64,000 nt of DNA from a virus (IMGVR_UViG_2574179762_000001:43762-107761); one strand, 5' to 3'. Numbered from the stretch's first letter, positions 9,036 through 18,714 are shown. Notes: generated from the sequence alone by a model not told the origin. Numbers and translations: made by a program.

Positions 9036-9263
9036 ATGATCACCAAAAACACAGATCTGCGCCACGTCGTGACCGGCGTGAAGCTCTCCCGCATAGAGCG
9101 CATGGAAGCGCAGTTGCGTCACATGGTTGCGTCGAACCATGCCCAGCGGCAGCAACGCAAGGCTGAGAACTCGCGCCGCGGCATCTCCCCGCGCGTCGCG
9201 ATCGGGAGCGCGCACGTGCCCGCCGCAGTGGCCCGCGCCTTCGCGTACATCAAGGTGGCCTGA
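9036..9263 (+). CDS. Hypothetical phage protein
   Basis: GGAGG RBS; 75 aa. Confidence 0.55.
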   Translation: MITKNTDLRHVVTGVKLSRIERMEAQLRHMVASNHAQRQQRKAENSRRGISPRVAIGSAHVPAAVARAFAYIKVA

Positions 9264-9289
9264 CAGCCCCGCCATTCAAAGAGGAATCC

Positions 9290-10540
9290 ATGGGAGCACC
9301 CGAAATCGAAGTTCTGGATCCGGCTCGGGCAGAGCCGGCCCTCGCCCTTGCGCTGTATGACCCCATCATGGCCGGCCTTGCCGAGCTGCGAGAGGCCGGC
9401 GCCGAGGCCTTTGACGTGGAATCGACGGCCGGCAACAAGGCCGCCCGCGAGTTCGTGCAGCGCTGCGTGGCCACCCGCACCGCAACGGATGAGGCCTACA
9501 CGAACTGGAATCGCCCGATTCTGGACACGCAGAAACGGGTACGCGAGAAGCGCGACGAGATCCTGGCAGCCGTGAAGGAGATCGAGCAGCCGGTCAAGGA
9601 TCAGATCGACGCCGAGCAGAAGCGCAAGGACGAGGAACGCATTGCTAAGGCCCGCGCCGAAAGCGCTCGTATTAGCGCGCATCAAGCCTGCCTGAACGCG
9701 ATCGCCACCCTGCCGAAGGAATACCTGAGCGCTTCCGTCGCCGACGTGGCTGCTGCCATCCGCGATCTGGAATCGCCGGAATACCTTGGCCAGCGCAACT
9801 GGGAGGAATACGCTGACCAGACCAAGGGGACGGTCGATACAGCCCTTTCCACCCTGCGCGTGCACCTGGAGAACGCCAAGGCACGCGAGGAGCTGGCGGC
9901 CATGAAGGCGAAGCAGGAAGCCGAAGCCGCGGCCCGCCGCGCCGAGGACGCCAAGGCAGAGGCTGAGCGCAAGCGCGTAGCCCGCATCAAGGAACGCATC
10001 CACGCGATCGAGACTTCCCCGTCGACCTGCATCGGTCTGGGCGTGAAGCAGATCCAGCAGCGGATCGCCGCGCTGGCCGCCGAAGCCGCCGACGACTTCG
10101 CCGAGTTTCAGGCCGAGGCCGGCGCCGCGATCGAAGCCGCGCTGGGCAATCTGAACGCCATGCTGGAAACCGCTCGCGATGCCGAGGAGCTGGCCCAGCT
10201 GCGCGCCGACAAGGCCCGCCGCGAGCGCGAAGAAGCCGAAACCGTCGCCCGCAAGGCACGCGAAGAGCAGGAAGCCAAGGAAGTCGCCGAGCGTGCCGAG
10301 CGTGAAACCGAGGCAAAGCGCCAGGCCGATGCCCGCGCCGCCGAGGAAAAGCGCCAGCGCGAGGAAGCCGCCGTCCGCCGCCGCGAGCAAGAGGCCGCTG
10401 CGGCCGCCGCCAAGCGCGTGCGCGAGCAGGCAGAAACGCTGCTGGCCCTACTGGTCGAAGCCCGCGCCCATGTGCCGGCCGGCGACCTGGCCGACCGCAT
10501 CGACACCACCATCAACGCAGCCACCGGAGCCAAGCAATGA
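9290..10540 (+). CDS. Coiled-coil phage protein with an internal ~100-aa duplication, upstream of the recombinase
   Basis: A/E/R-rich helical sequence; GAGGA RBS. Confidence 0.75.
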   Translation: MGAPEIEVLDPARAEPALALALYDPIMAGLAELREAGAEAFDVESTAGNKAAREFVQRCVATRTATDEAYTNWNRPILDTQKRVREKRDEILAAVKEIEQPVKDQIDAEQKRKDEERIAKARAESARISAHQACLNAIATLPKEYLSASVADVAAAIRDLESPEYLGQRNWEEYADQTKGTVDTALSTLRVHLENAKAREELAAMKAKQEAEAAARRAEDAKAEAERKRVARIKERIHAIETSPSTCIGLGVKQIQQRIAALAAEAADDFAEFQAEAGAAIEAALGNLNAMLETARDAEELAQLRADKARREREEAETVARKAREEQEAKEVAERAERETEAKRQADARAAEEKRQREEAAVRRREQEAAAAAAKRVREQAETLLALLVEARAHVPAGDLADRIDTTINAATGAKQ

Positions 10541-11196
10541 ACAGTCCGGAGCAATTCGCGACACAAGCCGTGCAGCAGATGGACGTGAATCTGATTTCGG
10601 GCCCGGCCCCGGAAAGCCTCGGCCAACTGTTCGAGGCGCTGGCGACCGCTCAAGGCGAGTTCCAGCCCATCGCGAAGAGCCGCACCGCGTACGTGCAGCC
10701 CGAAGACCCGAGAAAAGCACCGTACACGTTCGATTATGCCGACATGGAGGAGATCCGGAGCAAGACCACTCCGGCCCTGTCGAGGCACGCCTTGGCGCTC
10801 ATGCAGATCGTCTCGGACAAGCCCGAAGGGGGCACGCACATCCGCACAATCATCGCTCACAAGTCCGCGGCCCGCATCGAGTCGTCGCTTAGTCTCGTTC
10901 GCGGCGATGCCGACCTCAAGAGCTTCGGGGCATCAATTACGATCCTGCGTCGCTACATCGTGGCGGCCATGCTGAATGTTGCAGGCGAAGCGGACCTTGA
11001 CGACAGCCCAGATCCCGACGCCGGTGTCGGCCTGTCACCCGTGGCGCCCGAAGTGCACACCGGCATGCGCGACGCGACGACCATCAGCGAGCTGAGCAAG
11101 CTCATGGGCGGGCTGGAGAAGTCGGAAAAGGCCAAGTATCACGACTACTTCAACCAGCGCATGCAGGAACTGCGCGTGGCGCAGGAGGCGGCGTAA
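10537..11196 (+). CDS. ERF-family single-strand annealing protein
   Basis: ALATAQGEF..IAKS, DYAD..EI, FGASITILRRY, GEADLD. Confidence 0.85.
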   Translation: MNSPEQFATQAVQQMDVNLISGPAPESLGQLFEALATAQGEFQPIAKSRTAYVQPEDPRKAPYTFDYADMEEIRSKTTPALSRHALALMQIVSDKPEGGTHIRTIIAHKSAARIESSLSLVRGDADLKSFGASITILRRYIVAAMLNVAGEADLDDSPDPDAGVGLSPVAPEVHTGMRDATTISELSKLMGGLEKSEKAKYHDYFNQRMQELRVAQEAA

Positions 11197-11832
11197 ATGT
11201 TGATCGTGGAGTGCGAGCAAGGCAGTGATGCCTGGCTACAGGCCCGCGCCGGGGTCAACACCGCCAGCAATTTCAAGATCGCCCGGTCCCGCAAGAAGGG
11301 CGGCGACTGGTCAGAGGACGCGCTGAACCTCGCATTCGGCACCGCAATCGAGCGGGAGAGCGGCTTCCCGCTGAACGAGGGGCACGAAACCTGGCAGATG
11401 CGCCGCGGCCGTGAAATGGAATCGGACGCGCGCATCGCACACCAGGCCGACATCGGCGTCTACGTGAAGCCGGTTGGCATGGTGCTCACCGATGACCGCA
11501 TCTTCGGCGCCAGCGCCGATGGCTGGATCGGCAACGACGGCGGCGCCGAATACAAGTGCCTCGTCTCGACCAAGGAACTGCGCACGACCCTGATCAACCA
11601 CGACCTGCAGCAGTACATGGACCAGGTGCAGGGAAACATGTGGCTGTCCGGCCGCGCCTGGTGGGACCTCGGGGTGTACTGCCCGGCCATGAAGGCGGCG
11701 ACCGGCAAGGAATTCTTCCGCTGGCGCTTCAAGCGCGACGACGACTACATCGACGCCATGGTGGCGGATCTGATGGAGTTCGAGAAGCTGGTGCAAAGCA
11801 ATCTGGCCGAGCTGCGCAAGCTGGCCGCCTGA
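11197..11832 (+). CDS. YqaJ/lambda-exonuclease family nuclease
   Basis: [33 protein letters not shown]. Confidence 0.9.
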   Translation: MLIVECEQGSDAWLQARAGVNTASNFKIARSRKKGGDWSEDALNLAFGTAIERESGFPLNEGHETWQMRRGREMESDARIAHQADIGVYVKPVGMVLTDDRIFGASADGWIGNDGGAEYKCLVSTKELRTTLINHDLQQYMDQVQGNMWLSGRAWWDLGVYCPAMKAATGKEFFRWRFKRDDDYIDAMVADLMEFEKLVQSNLAELRKLAA

Positions 11833-11852
11833 TCCACTCCGGAGAACAGAAT

Positions 11853-13001
11853 ATGTGGTTTCGCAATCTCACCCTCTACCGCCTCACAGACTTCCAACTG
11901 CGCGCCGAGGAACTGGCCGAGGCATTGGAAAAGCACGCATACACCTCGTGCACGGATCTGGAAATGTCCTCGCAGGGTTGGATCTCGCCGCGCGACGGCG
12001 GCAGCCTCGTCCACAGCGTCAACGGCCAGATGCTGATCACCTTGTGCATCGAGAAGAAGCTGTTGCCTGCCGCCGTGGTCAAGGAAGCTGCTCAGGAGCG
12101 CGCCGCGGAGATCGAAGAGCAGCAAGGCTACAAGCCCGGCCGCAAGCAGCTGCGCGAGATCAAGGACGCCGTCACTGACGAACTTCTGCCCAAGGCATTC
12201 AGCATCCGCACCAAGATTTCCGCATGGATCGATCCTGCCAATGGCTGGCTGGCGATCGATGCATCCAGCAGCGCGAAGGCTGATGCCCTCCTCGGCTACC
12301 TGTTCAAGTCCGTGGACGGGCTGGAATTGGTCGCCCTGCGAGTTAAGCATGCTCCGGTGGCCGCTATGACGGAATGGCTCGCCACGGATTCGGCCCCGGC
12401 CGGCTTCACGATCGACCAGGATGCGGAACTGCGCGCCACTGGCGAGGGCCGCGCCACAGTGCGCTATGTGCAGCACACGCTGGAAGCGGAAGACGTGAGC
12501 CGCCACATCGCCGCCGGCAAGCGCTGCACCCATCTGGCCATGACGTGGAACGACCGCGTCTCCTTCGTGCTGACCGACGGGCTGACGCTCAAGCGCGTTG
12601 CGGCGCTCGATGTCCTGAAGGAATCGGCCAGCCCGGCAGAGCAGACGGCAGACGAGGCTTTCGACGGCGACTTCCTGCTGATGGCCGGTGAACTCGCCCG
12701 CATGCTGGCTGACCTTATCGACGCACTGGGCGGCGAACAGGTGCCCGAGGCGCCAGACGACCTGGTATCCGCTGCCGAGGATGCGGTCTCGCCGGCGAGC
12801 GGGGAACCCGACCCGCTCTACCCGCAGGCCGTGGAGGTGGTTCAGAAAGCCAAGCGCTCCAGTATCTCGTTGGTCCAGCGGCACCTGCGGATTGGGTACA
12901 ACCGCGCGGCGCGCCTACTCGAGCAGATGGAGGGCGGCCGGATCGTCTCAGCGATGGGGTCTGACGGCAGTCGCTCGGTTCTGGCGGGAGCGGCAGCATG
13001 A
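11853..13001 (+). CDS. rdgC: RdgC recombination-associated protein fused to an FtsK gamma domain
   Basis: [11 protein letters not shown]...[10 protein letters not shown]; C-terminal DPLY..AV..V....[24 protein letters not shown]. Confidence 0.9.
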   Translation: MWFRNLTLYRLTDFQLRAEELAEALEKHAYTSCTDLEMSSQGWISPRDGGSLVHSVNGQMLITLCIEKKLLPAAVVKEAAQERAAEIEEQQGYKPGRKQLREIKDAVTDELLPKAFSIRTKISAWIDPANGWLAIDASSSAKADALLGYLFKSVDGLELVALRVKHAPVAAMTEWLATDSAPAGFTIDQDAELRATGEGRATVRYVQHTLEAEDVSRHIAAGKRCTHLAMTWNDRVSFVLTDGLTLKRVAALDVLKESASPAEQTADEAFDGDFLLMAGELARMLADLIDALGGEQVPEAPDDLVSAAEDAVSPASGEPDPLYPQAVEVVQKAKRSSISLVQRHLRIGYNRAARLLEQMEGGRIVSAMGSDGSRSVLAGAAA

Positions 13002-13699
13002 CGGCAAAGAACTGGATGGCTTGGACGCCAGAGGAAGATGCGCTCCTGCGCAAGCACTGGGGCAACAAGGAATCCACAAAGCGCCTCGCCACGCGCTTCC
13101 CTGGCCGGTCCGCTGCAGCAGTTCTGAAGCATGGCTATGTCGCGTTGGGGCTCGGCCCGCGCAATTGCGGCCGCGAGAGCTTTTCCCCGGTCTGGGAGGG
13201 CGTCAAGGGCTTGCTGGTCGGCGGAAAGATGATGACGTCCAAAGAACTGGCCAAGGCGCTGAAGGTCACGCCGCACGCTGTGCAGGAGTGCATGCGCGAT
13301 CGCCACGGTAAGGAAGTGCACGTCGGCGGCTATATCAAGGTGGCCGCGCACTCCCCGCGGGTCAACCGCTGGAAGCTGGGCCCGGGTCCGGATGCGCCCC
13401 AACCTCCGCGCAAGACCAAGAAGGAGGTCAACCGCGAATATTCCCGCCGCATGAGCAAAGACCCCGAGTATTGCGCGCGGCAGAACCTACTGGCCCGGCC
13501 GCGCTACGCCGAAAAGATGGGAAAGCTGATCCGCCCGGACGCGGCCGTTCAGTGGATGCAGCAGGCGCCACAGCACGACGAGCAACCGATCAAGATGGGG
13601 ATCGCCCGCCAAGGTGAATGCCATCCGCGCGCCGCGTTCTTCCCTATCGCCGGCAAGGGCTTGCTCAGTCGCACCACACCAAACCACACGACACCATGA
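12998..13699 (+). CDS. HTH DNA-binding phage protein, homolog of 55180-55740
   Basis: [42 protein letters not shown]. Confidence 0.75.
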   Translation: MTAKNWMAWTPEEDALLRKHWGNKESTKRLATRFPGRSAAAVLKHGYVALGLGPRNCGRESFSPVWEGVKGLLVGGKMMTSKELAKALKVTPHAVQECMRDRHGKEVHVGGYIKVAAHSPRVNRWKLGPGPDAPQPPRKTKKEVNREYSRRMSKDPEYCARQNLLARPRYAEKMGKLIRPDAAVQWMQQAPQHDEQPIKMGIARQGECHPRAAFFPIAGKGLLSRTTPNHTTP

Positions 13700-13823
13700 C
13701 CTGCAATGCCGCCCTATTGTGACTGCCGCCGTGTCCATCGTTCACCTGGCAATCGGCATCTATGCGCAGTACCGCCTGACGCTACGGATGGCAGATTTTG
13801 ACAAAAAAGAAGGGAACCGAGGA

Positions 13824-13856
13824 ATGATCCGCGACCAGTTTCTGCTCCAAATCGCA
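13824..13856 (+). pseudogene. N-terminal stub of Dcm (MIRDQFLLQIA)
   Basis: Matches the first residues of the 55771 Dcm, in the syntenic position after the HTH gene. Confidence 0.65.
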
Positions 13857-13876
13857 ATGATAAGGACGCGGCATCC

Positions 13877-14542
13877 CTATCTTTTCAAGGGAACGAGATG
13901 GAGAAGTCCCTCCAATGACCACCCTCCCCAAGCCATTGTGTGCGATAGCAAAACCATCCAGAAAACTGCGAGTGCAGCACTGACGTATATGGGAATCCGG
14001 CTAACGGAAGGCTTCCAGAGAATCAGCTTGGAAGTAGCTTGCTCGATCCAGCCACGGCTGGCATTTACCCCAAGGTCCTCCGCCACCCAACTTCTTATTT
14101 GGTCTGGACCCATCGTGAGTGGATCGTTGACCCTCGCTCCAGTCTTGTTGACGTCGTCTAGCGCTTTCTGTTCGGCAGCGGTTAGGAAGTTTGTGTCTGA
14201 TGAAAAGACCTGGAAGACCTTCTTATGGTCCTTCAGATCGTCCAACAACCATACCTCGAGTTGTCGAGCGGCGCGCTCCCAACGCATTTGCCAGAACTTC
14301 GCCCCGGCTGCCATAAGCATTTGCCAAATCGATACCGCCAAGCCAAGTCCGCAAATGGCAAAGGTAAGGATTGGTGCAGCTTGCCCACTCGACTGCACAA
14401 GCCCAGCGATTATTACGCCCTGGAAAATCATAAAGAAATTGTTTCGCTGCGTCAGTTGCGAGATCTCGAAATCTCGTTGGCGTAGCGTCAATTCGAACGC
14501 GGACGCGATATTCCCGGCTGGTGAGTCTTTTGGATCAGGCAT
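13877..14542 (-). CDS. RipA/8xMP-like membrane protein (putative anti-phage pore)
   Basis: LRQRDFEISQLTQRNNFFMIFQG, two TM helices, GAKFWQ.RWE, C-terminal TM; antisense, lower GC; GGAGG RBS. Confidence 0.6.
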   Translation of the reverse strand: MPDPKDSPAGNIASAFELTLRQRDFEISQLTQRNNFFMIFQGVIIAGLVQSSGQAAPILTFAICGLGLAVSIWQMLMAAGAKFWQMRWERAARQLEVWLLDDLKDHKKVFQVFSSDTNFLTAAEQKALDDVNKTGARVNDPLTMGPDQIRSWVAEDLGVNASRGWIEQATSKLILWKPSVSRIPIYVSAALAVFWMVLLSHTMAWGGWSLEGLLHLVPLKR

Positions 14543-14574
14543 GTTGTCTATTCCTCCTTCGTCGAGATCCTAGC

Positions 14575-14727
14575 ATGAGCCTCATCAACGTCATCTCCCT
14601 CTCTGGTGGCAAGGTCAGCACGGCCATGGCGATCTTCGCGCTTGAGGAACATGGCCGAGATGCCTGCCGCTTCGTCTTTGCCGACACCGGCAACGAGCAC
14701 GAGGCCAGCCGGAGAGTAAGACATTAG
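14575..14727 (+). pseudogene. Truncated PAPS-reductase-family (PP-loop) gene
   Basis: VISLSGGKVSTAM...FVFADTGNEH, then stops after about 50 aa. Confidence 0.7.
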
Positions 14728-14813
14728 CGGGTGTGCGACATAACAACAGATGCAGAACACTATTAACCGGGTTATAGCTATCACCCGCCATACCTGGCGG
14801 ATTGGAGTACGGG

Positions 14814-15041
14814 GTGAGCGACTTCCTATCAACGGCGCAACTGGCCGACCTGGTCGGATGCAAGCAGAACCAGCGTCACGAAATGGTCAAATGGCTGGAC
14901 CGGGAGCGTTGGCGCTACGTCATGGACAAGAACGGCCTACCCAAGGTCGCCAAGGCGTACTACAAGCGAAAACTCGGGATCGAGGATTCGAAGGGGCAAG
15001 CGAAGTATGACGACGCGCCGAACCTCGCAGCGTTTGCGTAA
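14814..15041 (+). CDS. DUF4224-type excisionase
   Basis: FLSTAQLADLVG...GLPKV...PNLAA; overlaps the integrase start. Confidence 0.8.
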   Translation: MSDFLSTAQLADLVGCKQNQRHEMVKWLDRERWRYVMDKNGLPKVAKAYYKRKLGIEDSKGQAKYDDAPNLAAFA

Positions 15042-16224
15042 AGAAGCCACTGGCATCGATCGGCTGGTCAAGTACATCGGCGCGAAGAAGGTCTCGTTCT
15101 ACTACAAGCACCCTGACGGGAAGAGCGAGACCCTGGCCTCCGCCCCGCTTGGCGACCGCAAGGCAATCGCCGAGGCGGAGCGCGTCGCCAAGCGGAAGGC
15201 CCTGGACATTCAGGCCGGTCAGATCATCGCCGGGTCGGTGGCGGACCTGATTGATCGCTTCAGGACTGAGGTCGCCCAAACGCACTACCGTGACCAGTCC
15301 AAAGAAGGCAAGGCGGTCAGAGACAGCGCATTCGAGAACCTGACGAAGTTCTTCGGCAAGATGGCGCCGGCAGGGCTGAAGACCGTGCACGGCTACCAGT
15401 ACCTCGATGCGCGGGCGAAGACAGGTGCGCCCATCAAGGCCAACAAGGAGCTGTCCCAAATGTCGACGATCTGCAACTATGGCGTCCGCTGGGGGCTGAT
15501 GGAGGCAAACCCCTTCGTCGGCATGATGCTGAACAAGACCGACAAGGACGTCCGGACGGTCACCCGAAGCCAGGTGGTGCGGTTCTACCTGTGGGCCGTA
15601 CGGCAAGGCCAGGCCTACCGGACCATGGGATGCGCCGCGATGTTCACCTACCTGACCGGCTTCCGCGCCGCCGAGGTCCGCCCGTTCCACCTGTCCGGGC
15701 TATCGGATGACGGCGTGCGCGTGGTCGGCGCCAAGCGAAAAAAGGGCGAGGCCGAGGTCGTCAAGGTTCGTGACTGGTCCCCTCGCCTGCGCGCGGTCGT
15801 CGAGCGGGCGAAGCAGACCGCCGCCGAGACTTCCACAAAAAAGGTGGTGGTCAAGAGCCTCTACCTGTTCCCGAACAGGAGGGGCCAGCCCTACAGCAAG
15901 AGCGGCTGGGGGTCGGTCTGGCAGGATGCGATGTGGGAATGGATCTCAACGTTTGATGTCGAGGCAGCAGAGGCACTGCGCGCCGAGCGAGAGCAATCCG
16001 CCGCGCGGCGAAAGGACAGAAGCGCGGGCGCCTGGACGTCCGGATATTCGATTGCCGAGCACGAGGCGTATTTCTCGACGCTCGACATCCGTCCGGCTGC
16101 GATCACGACAAAGCTCGAGCAGCGTTCAGCGGACGCCTATGACTTCGCTGCGCACGCGAACCCGTCAACAACGCATCGCCACTATGACCGGCGCAAGGTC
16201 AAACGGGCGGCGGCTACAGAATAA
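15007..16224 (+). CDS. int: Tyrosine integrase (prophage 1)
   Basis: TGFRAAEV, DIRPAA, AAH...TTHRHYDR; next to att. Confidence 0.9.
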   Translation: MTTRRTSQRLRKEATGIDRLVKYIGAKKVSFYYKHPDGKSETLASAPLGDRKAIAEAERVAKRKALDIQAGQIIAGSVADLIDRFRTEVAQTHYRDQSKEGKAVRDSAFENLTKFFGKMAPAGLKTVHGYQYLDARAKTGAPIKANKELSQMSTICNYGVRWGLMEANPFVGMMLNKTDKDVRTVTRSQVVRFYLWAVRQGQAYRTMGCAAMFTYLTGFRAAEVRPFHLSGLSDDGVRVVGAKRKKGEAEVVKVRDWSPRLRAVVERAKQTAAETSTKKVVVKSLYLFPNRRGQPYSKSGWGSVWQDAMWEWISTFDVEAAEALRAEREQSAARRKDRSAGAWTSGYSIAEHEAYFSTLDIRPAAITTKLEQRSADAYDFAAHANPSTTHRHYDRRKVKRAAATE

Positions 16225-16342
16225 GGGGAGCAGAAAACAGAAACGGCGCCGATGGCGCCGTGGGAAAACTCCCATTTCCGCGGGAAATTCCGCATCGTGA
16301 AACGGTCATAAAACCCGTAAACCATTGATGCGAAAGAGAATT

Positions 16343-16392
16343 TTGGGGTGGCTGATGGGACTCGAACCCACGACGACAGGAATCACAATCCT
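16343..16392. repeat. att core: 50-bp duplicate of the tRNA-His 3' part
   Basis: Identical to 62959-63008 (TTGGGGTGGCTGATGGGACTCGAACCCACGACGACAGGAATCACAATCCT). Confidence 0.97.
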
Positions 16393-16498
16393 TGTTCAAT
16401 ATCCATTGAAATCAAAGCACTAGCGCGTTTCTTTGGAAACCACCATGGTCTGCGACCCGCACCCTGTCTAGGCCGCTTTTACCAAGTTCCAAAGAAAG

Positions 16499-16529
16499 TT
16501 GACCCAGATACTGTATATCCGTACAGTAT
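16499..16529 (+). promoter_or_regulatory. SOS promoter: TTGACC-17-TACAGT overlapped by a LexA box
   Basis: taCTGTATATCCGTACAGta at 16509-16528. Confidence 0.85.
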
Positions 16530-16535
16530 CCAGCC

Positions 16536-16943
16536 ATGCCAAGATTACAGCCGATGCCGCGACCGCCCGCCCCGCCGGACGGCTACGACCCCTGCCCCAT
16601 CGACCCTAACTACGACCGCTACTACATCCTGGATGAGGCCGGCCAGCCGGTGCGCGTCTATGACTACGGCGTGCACGCCCGCTGGGAGTCCTTCGAAGGC
16701 AAAGCCTTCCAGATCAGGGACATGCTCACCGACTATGGCGTGGAGGTCTGGACCTACTTCTCGGGCTGGGGCAGCTTGCGGGATGACGAGCCGCCCGTCT
16801 TCCGGACTACGGTCAGGGGGCCGCTGCTCGACAAGACATTTCGCTCGCTCACCTGGGAAGAAGCCGAAGACAAGCACCGCCGGGTGATCGAGAAGGTCCG
16901 CCGCACGATGTCGCGGAAGCCCGGCGTGTCGGACGGCGCCTGA
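16536..16943 (+). CDS. LexA-controlled hypothetical phage protein (candidate antirepressor)
   Basis: YYILD...PPVFRT.V...TWEEAE..H pattern; ATG 8 nt after the -10. Confidence 0.7.
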   Translation: MPRLQPMPRPPAPPDGYDPCPIDPNYDRYYILDEAGQPVRVYDYGVHARWESFEGKAFQIRDMLTDYGVEVWTYFSGWGSLRDDEPPVFRTTVRGPLLDKTFRSLTWEEAEDKHRRVIEKVRRTMSRKPGVSDGA

Positions 16944-16998
16944 TAGCGACGGCCAAGCGGCGCGCGGAGACTGGCGGCATAACCATCAGGAGACTGCC

Positions 16999-17220
16999 AT
17001 GCCAGGACAAGACATCCACGTAGTACCCGCCGATGGCCGCTGGGCCGTTGAGACCGAGGGCGGCCACGGCCGAGAGACGTTCGACACCCAAGCAGAGGCC
17101 ATCGCCGCCGGCACCGAGAGGGCCAAGGCGAAAAAGGTCGAGCTGTTCATCCATGGCTTGGACGGCCAGATTCGAGAGCGCAACACGTTCGGCAACGACC
17201 CGCGCGACGTGAAGGGTTGA
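16999..17220 (+). CDS. DUF2188-family protein
   Basis: IHVVP..GRWAV...FDTQAEAI...LFIHGLDGQIRERNTFGNDP. Confidence 0.85.
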   Translation: MPGQDIHVVPADGRWAVETEGGHGRETFDTQAEAIAAGTERAKAKKVELFIHGLDGQIRERNTFGNDPRDVKG

Positions 17221-17224
17221 CGCC

Positions 17225-17863
17225 ATGCCTGGGCGGCGCGAGGCCCCGCCCCTGAACTTGGCCAGCTTCCCGCTGATGCTGGCCAAGCGCGGCGTGATGC
17301 CGCACGGTGACGACTGGCTCTACGAACTGAAATACGACGGGTATCGCCTGCTGGCGCGGACGGGCGACCCGGCGGTACGCCTGCGTGAAGGTGGCGACGC
17401 TACCAGCTGGTTCCCTGAACTGCACATCCCCTTGGCGGCCCTGCCCGCGGGCTGCGTGCTCGACGCCGAGGGCGTGGTGTTCGATGACATCGGCCGCCCC
17501 GACTTCAACGCCTTCCATGCGCGGGCCCTGCGCAGGCGCTGGTATCGCGGCGCGCCCCCTGTCGCCCTCGCCGCCTTCGACCTCCTGGTCCTGCGCGGGC
17601 GGGACATCCGAGACTGGCCCATAGAGAAACGCAAAGCGGCGCTGCAGAAGCTGCTAGGCGGGGTGACCGTTGGCCTGCTGTACGTGAGCGCCGTGGACGA
17701 TGGTGAATGGCTCTACCAGCATGTGCGGGCCCTCGGCATGGAGGGCATCGTCGCCAAGCGCGCCGGCAGCCTGTACCGGGGCGGCGCATCCGACGACTGG
17801 CGCAAGATCAAGGTGCCTGGCTACCACCGCCTAGGCAAGTTCCAGCGTGAACCTCTCGCTTGA
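17225..17863 (+). CDS. ATP-dependent DNA ligase, adenylation domain only
   Basis: ELKYDGYR, LDAEGV, AFDLL, RK..L, EGIVAKR..S.Y, W.KIK; no OB domain. Confidence 0.88.
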   Translation: MPGRREAPPLNLASFPLMLAKRGVMPHGDDWLYELKYDGYRLLARTGDPAVRLREGGDATSWFPELHIPLAALPAGCVLDAEGVVFDDIGRPDFNAFHARALRRRWYRGAPPVALAAFDLLVLRGRDIRDWPIEKRKAALQKLLGGVTVGLLYVSAVDDGEWLYQHVRALGMEGIVAKRAGSLYRGGASDDWRKIKVPGYHRLGKFQREPLA

Positions 17864-17950
17864 CTGGTACGGGCGGACTGGCGCTGCGCAGTATTGGGTC
17901 CACCCGCGCATCCAGTGTAGTGGAGGGCGTGAAACGCTGGGCTTTGTCGA

Positions 17951-18175
17951 TTAGTCCGCCACCGCCGCATCGGTGCCCTCGTCCGGCTCAATGGACTTTG
18001 CGCAGTGATCGCGATCAATCCAGTTCAGGAATCGGCAGAGGATACAGCCCCATCTCCTGCCCTGCTGCATGGCCTTGCCGGCCCGGCTTGAGATCGTCTC
18101 ATCGGGACTGCCGCCCGCGATGGTGTTGACGAGCTGGTCGAAGGATATGAGCAGGTTCCAAAGGTAGCGCTTCAT
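17951..18175 (-). CDS. Conserved small phage protein at the end of the lysis cassette
   Basis: FDQLVNTIAGGSPDETISSR...DHC. Confidence 0.75.
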   Translation of the reverse strand: MKRYLWNLLISFDQLVNTIAGGSPDETISSRAGKAMQQGRRWGCILCRFLNWIDRDHCAKSIEPDEGTDAAVAD

Positions 18176-18714
18176 GATCCCTCCGCCGGCTTCGTCCCAC
18201 CCGTCAGGGCGTCGTATGACCGCTCGCAGGCTTGGCCGGCGATACGGGCGGTGTCTGCGTATTCAGCCAAGATTCCCGCGCGGCGGTCAGCCCTTTCAAG
18301 CACGTCGGCAAGCATTCCGATGGGATCGAAGGCTGTCTGGCCTGCGCCGGCAGCGGCGGGATTCTGGCCGGCTCGGCTGGCGGCGAGTAGGTCGGCAACG
18401 CGGGCGCGCAGCCGGTCAGCAGCGTCGCCAGCACTGCGAGCGTCGTTGCGCGCAGCCTCAAGTTCCTTCGTTGCGGCATTAGCAATCTCCGTTTGCGCCG
18501 CCGTGCGGCGTTGTTCCTCCAGGCGCGCGGCATCGACAGCCTTGACCTGGTCGAAGGCGGCCAACCTGGCGGCCTTCTCCCGATCGGTCTTCATTTCCTC
18601 GATCTGGCCGCCCAGGCGCCAGCCGTTGGTGACCCAGCCGGCGGCGAACAGCAGCGCGGCCAGCGCCCCGACCCCGATCGCGCGCCACGGTATGTTGGTC
18701 GGGATCGGGATCAT
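18172..18714 (-). CDS. Rz-like i-spanin (DUF2514-like)
   Basis: N-terminal TM, coiled coil, LAEYAD.ARIAG.ACERSYD. Confidence 0.85.
   Translation of the reverse strand: MIPIPTNIPWRAIGVGALAALLFAAGWVTNGWRLGGQIEEMKTDREKAARLAAFDQVKAVDAARLEEQRRTAAQTEIANAATKELEAARNDARSAGDAADRLRARVADLLAASRAGQNPAAAGAGQTAFDPIGMLADVLERADRRAGILAEYADTARIAGQACERSYDALTGGTKPAEGS
18204..18479 (-). CDS. Rz1-like o-spanin lipoprotein embedded in Rz
   Basis: Signal peptide with LLTGC lipobox; Pro-rich; alternate frame within Rz. Confidence 0.8.
   Translation of the reverse strand: MPQRRNLRLRATTLAVLATLLTGCAPALPTYSPPAEPARIPPLPAQARQPSIPSECLPTCLKGLTAARESWLNTQTPPVSPAKPASGHTTP

Larger units (their letters stand above)
1..16392. mobile_element. 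Prophage 1 (partial in window, probably defective), ending at the tRNA-His-derived att junction
   Basis: Lambdoid order rep-cII-cro-cI-cargo-ERF/exonuclease/RdgC-xis-int, followed by an att core identical to the tRNA-His 3' end; several broken genes. Confidence 0.9.

Noticed and set aside
9119-10390. Long antisense ORFs (also 11745-12884, 33249-35402, 31310-32563, 39092-40264)
   Set aside because: Shadow frames typical of high-GC genes, opposite well-supported phage genes
13614-14573. 319-aa plus-strand ORF
   Set aside because: Mostly the antisense shadow of the membrane gene at 13877-14542; only the Dcm stub is meaningful
14575-14727. Dnd/phosphorothioate system
   Set aside because: Only a truncated PP-loop stub, and no other dnd or ssp genes
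16343-16392. Second tRNA-His gene
   Set aside because: The 5' acceptor strand and D-arm are missing; it is an att duplication
17225-17863. Complete NHEJ (Ku-LigD) system
   Set aside because: No Ku, polymerase, phosphoesterase or OB domain seen
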